Positions 15,927 through 17,203 of a stretch of DNA of 17,203 nt are shown here, in pieces. The number at the start of each line of letters is the position of its first letter. Position 1 is the first letter of the stretch. This DNA comes from an uncultured Candidatus Bathyarchaeia archaeon. Its GTDB lineage: Archaea; Thermoproteota; Bathyarchaeia; Bathyarchaeales; Bathycorpusculaceae. The stretch covers positions 1-17,203 of the forward strand of contig CAYVGZ010000028.1 of NCBI GenBank assembly GCA_964450845.1, in the 5' to 3' direction. Below the pieces are notes generated by a model. It saw nothing but the letters and a program-made list of their open reading frames with translations, did not search any database and was not told the DNA's origin. A program made the position numbers and the translations under genes.

Positions 15927-16182
15927 CCCGCGCTCTATTTGGTTGATATGGTGAAAAAAATTACGCCTCCGAATTAGCTGATTCGCTTGCCTGCTGGCGT
16001 TTCTGCATTCACTTCTTCCTCTAATCAGAATGTTATCTTGACTGGTTATATCTTTAACCATAGGTGAAGATTAGCGTGCGCTGGACCTATATCACATGTC
16101 GCCTAGGTTTATGTAGACGCCCGAAATAGCTTATGTGGAAATTAGAATAGCAAATAATAGAATTTGAATGGGGGGTGAAACA

Positions 16183-16335
16183 ATGGGAAATAGGAAGTTG
16201 GAACTTGCATTCATTGATAAGGATGGGAAAGTGTATCTATTAGATGATGTTACCCGTGAAGATTTAGCTAAGGGTCTTGAAAAAATCTCTAAAGAAATCG
16301 CAAAGAGACTGCTATTGCTAAAAGAACAAAGATAG
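16183..16335 (+). CDS. Small hypothetical protein (50 aa)
   Basis: Manual translation MGNRKLELAFIDKDGKVYLLDDVTREDLAKGLEKISKEIAKRLLLLKEQR; strong SD GGGGGTGA; T-tract follows. Confidence 0.65.
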   Translation: MGNRKLELAFIDKDGKVYLLDDVTREDLAKGLEKISKEIAKRLLLLKEQR

Positions 16336-16485
16336 AACCTGGCCTATTCCTTTTTTCAGGAAACTCCAAGAGCGCGCGCAAATTTCGCCTCAAACGCACG
16401 TTCTTATCTTGGAAAATCTAGAAAATGCAGAAAACTTAAAACCGAATCAGACGAATTAGTTAGAACGATAAGAGGGGGAACTGAA

Positions 16486-16983
16486 CTGACTGAAGATGAA
16501 TGGGTCGTGAAACTCAGGAAAATGAAAGAAGAAACAGAGAAAGAAATACGAGACAGCCGCTATGCAGAACAGCACTTACGAGAGAAATACAAAGATGAAC
16601 CAACAAAAATAATAGTGCTACTTCGCGCTAAGCTGAAGAAAGTCGAAGAAGTCTTCAAAGAATCAGCGCAGCAGGAATTGGATCAACCGAAGGTGGAAAG
16701 CGGCACTTGGGGAGCATGTTTAAGCGTTCCTATTATTCATTCAGGCACGCATGTAGGGCTGAAAATATGTTTCTTTTTACATTTGACTGATAAAGGATAT
16801 GGGTTGAGAGTTTCTAAAGATATGTATGATGGGATGTATGACAAGCCTTTCGAAACGAGCGGATACATTCACCCGCCTGTTACCGCTGGTGCTATTCAGA
16901 AAGAAGTGACAGATTTTCTAGAAGCGCGCAACAACACTATTAAGAGGATGGAAGAAAAAGAGAAACGATTCCGAAAAGAATGA
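16486..16983 (+). CDS. Hypothetical protein; start may be CTG 16486 (track start GTG 16507)
   Basis: Long open frame; SD GAGGGGG at 16472-16478 fits CTG 16486; charged helical N-terminus then an alpha/beta region. Confidence 0.7.
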   Translation: MTEDEWVVKLRKMKEETEKEIRDSRYAEQHLREKYKDEPTKIIVLLRAKLKKVEEVFKESAQQELDQPKVESGTWGACLSVPIIHSGTHVGLKICFFLHLTDKGYGLRVSKDMYDGMYDKPFETSGYIHPPVTAGAIQKEVTDFLEARNNTIKRMEEKEKRFRKE

Positions 16984-17064
16984 AGATAGACAGTAAGAAC
17001 TAGAGCCGCGTGCTGAAGTTTAAATACGACTTGAATGATACAAGACGAATGGTGAAAATGCAAG

Positions 17065-17203
17065 ATGGTTGGGCTTACAGCATCTCTGCCTGCAAAGTGG
17101 GAACAGTTTCTGAAACGTTTGGCCGACGATCACGAAATTGATCTCAACACCGTCATCAGTGAATTGTGCGAGTGGGCCTTTTCCTTTCCTGAAAGCAAAG
17201 AAC
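17065..17203 (+). CDS. Partial ORF running off the window, ribbon-helix-helix-like
   Basis: MVGLTASLPAKWEQFLKRLADDHEIDLNTVISELCEWAF... shows a strand-helix-turn-helix pattern; SD GGTGA and a TTTAAATA box near 17016. Confidence 0.5.
   Translation, partial: MVGLTASLPAKWEQFLKRLADDHEIDLNTVISELCEWAFSFPESKE

Noticed and set aside
15822-16061. 79-aa minus-strand ORF
   Set aside because: Overlaps the DUF4177 gene antisense and has no recognisable features.
16183-16983. The 50-aa ORF and the 16507 ORF share a frame separated by one TAG, suggesting amber (pyrrolysine) readthrough
   Set aside because: TAG ends many core genes here (rps7, glnA, lipoate ligase, deaD); the spacer holds a T-tract, a TATA-like AAACTTAAAA and a separate SD, and its translation is not protein-like.
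1-17203. CRISPR array, rRNA, selenocysteine recoding
   Set aside because: No regularly spaced repeats, rRNA-like sequence or conserved in-frame TGA in an intact gene was seen.

Overview
Archaeal chromosomal window; gene content and style suggest TACK, probably Bathyarchaeia (inference). Left part: translation cluster with EF-1alpha, a DRG/OBG-family GTPase, uS7, uS12 and a JAMM metalloprotease. Middle: lipoate-ligase-family protein plus cupin, CysRS, two hypotheticals, a divergent glutamine synthetase, tRNA-Ala(GGC) and two small convergent ORFs. Right part: MFS transporter, a basic hypothetical, an Alba plus SSB-like OB-fold operon, a DEAD-box helicase, a decayed GH38-like fragment, a DUF4177 protein and orphan ORFs ending in a truncated RHH-like gene. 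No CRISPR, integrase or transposase was seen. The strongest unexplained signals are: (1) a ~45-bp bipartite motif (TGCTCTCTGC-N16/17-TATATATAG) in three intergenic copies; (2) kb-scale blocks of strong A/C versus G/T strand asymmetry that do not follow gene direction and flip even inside EF-1alpha; (3) a switch-like structured region at 7454-7550 lying at one of these flips; (4) a structured leader on alba; (5) a stand-alone protein resembling the TFEbeta/RPC34 Fe-S domain. All counts are manual and family calls come from recognised motifs, not database searches.
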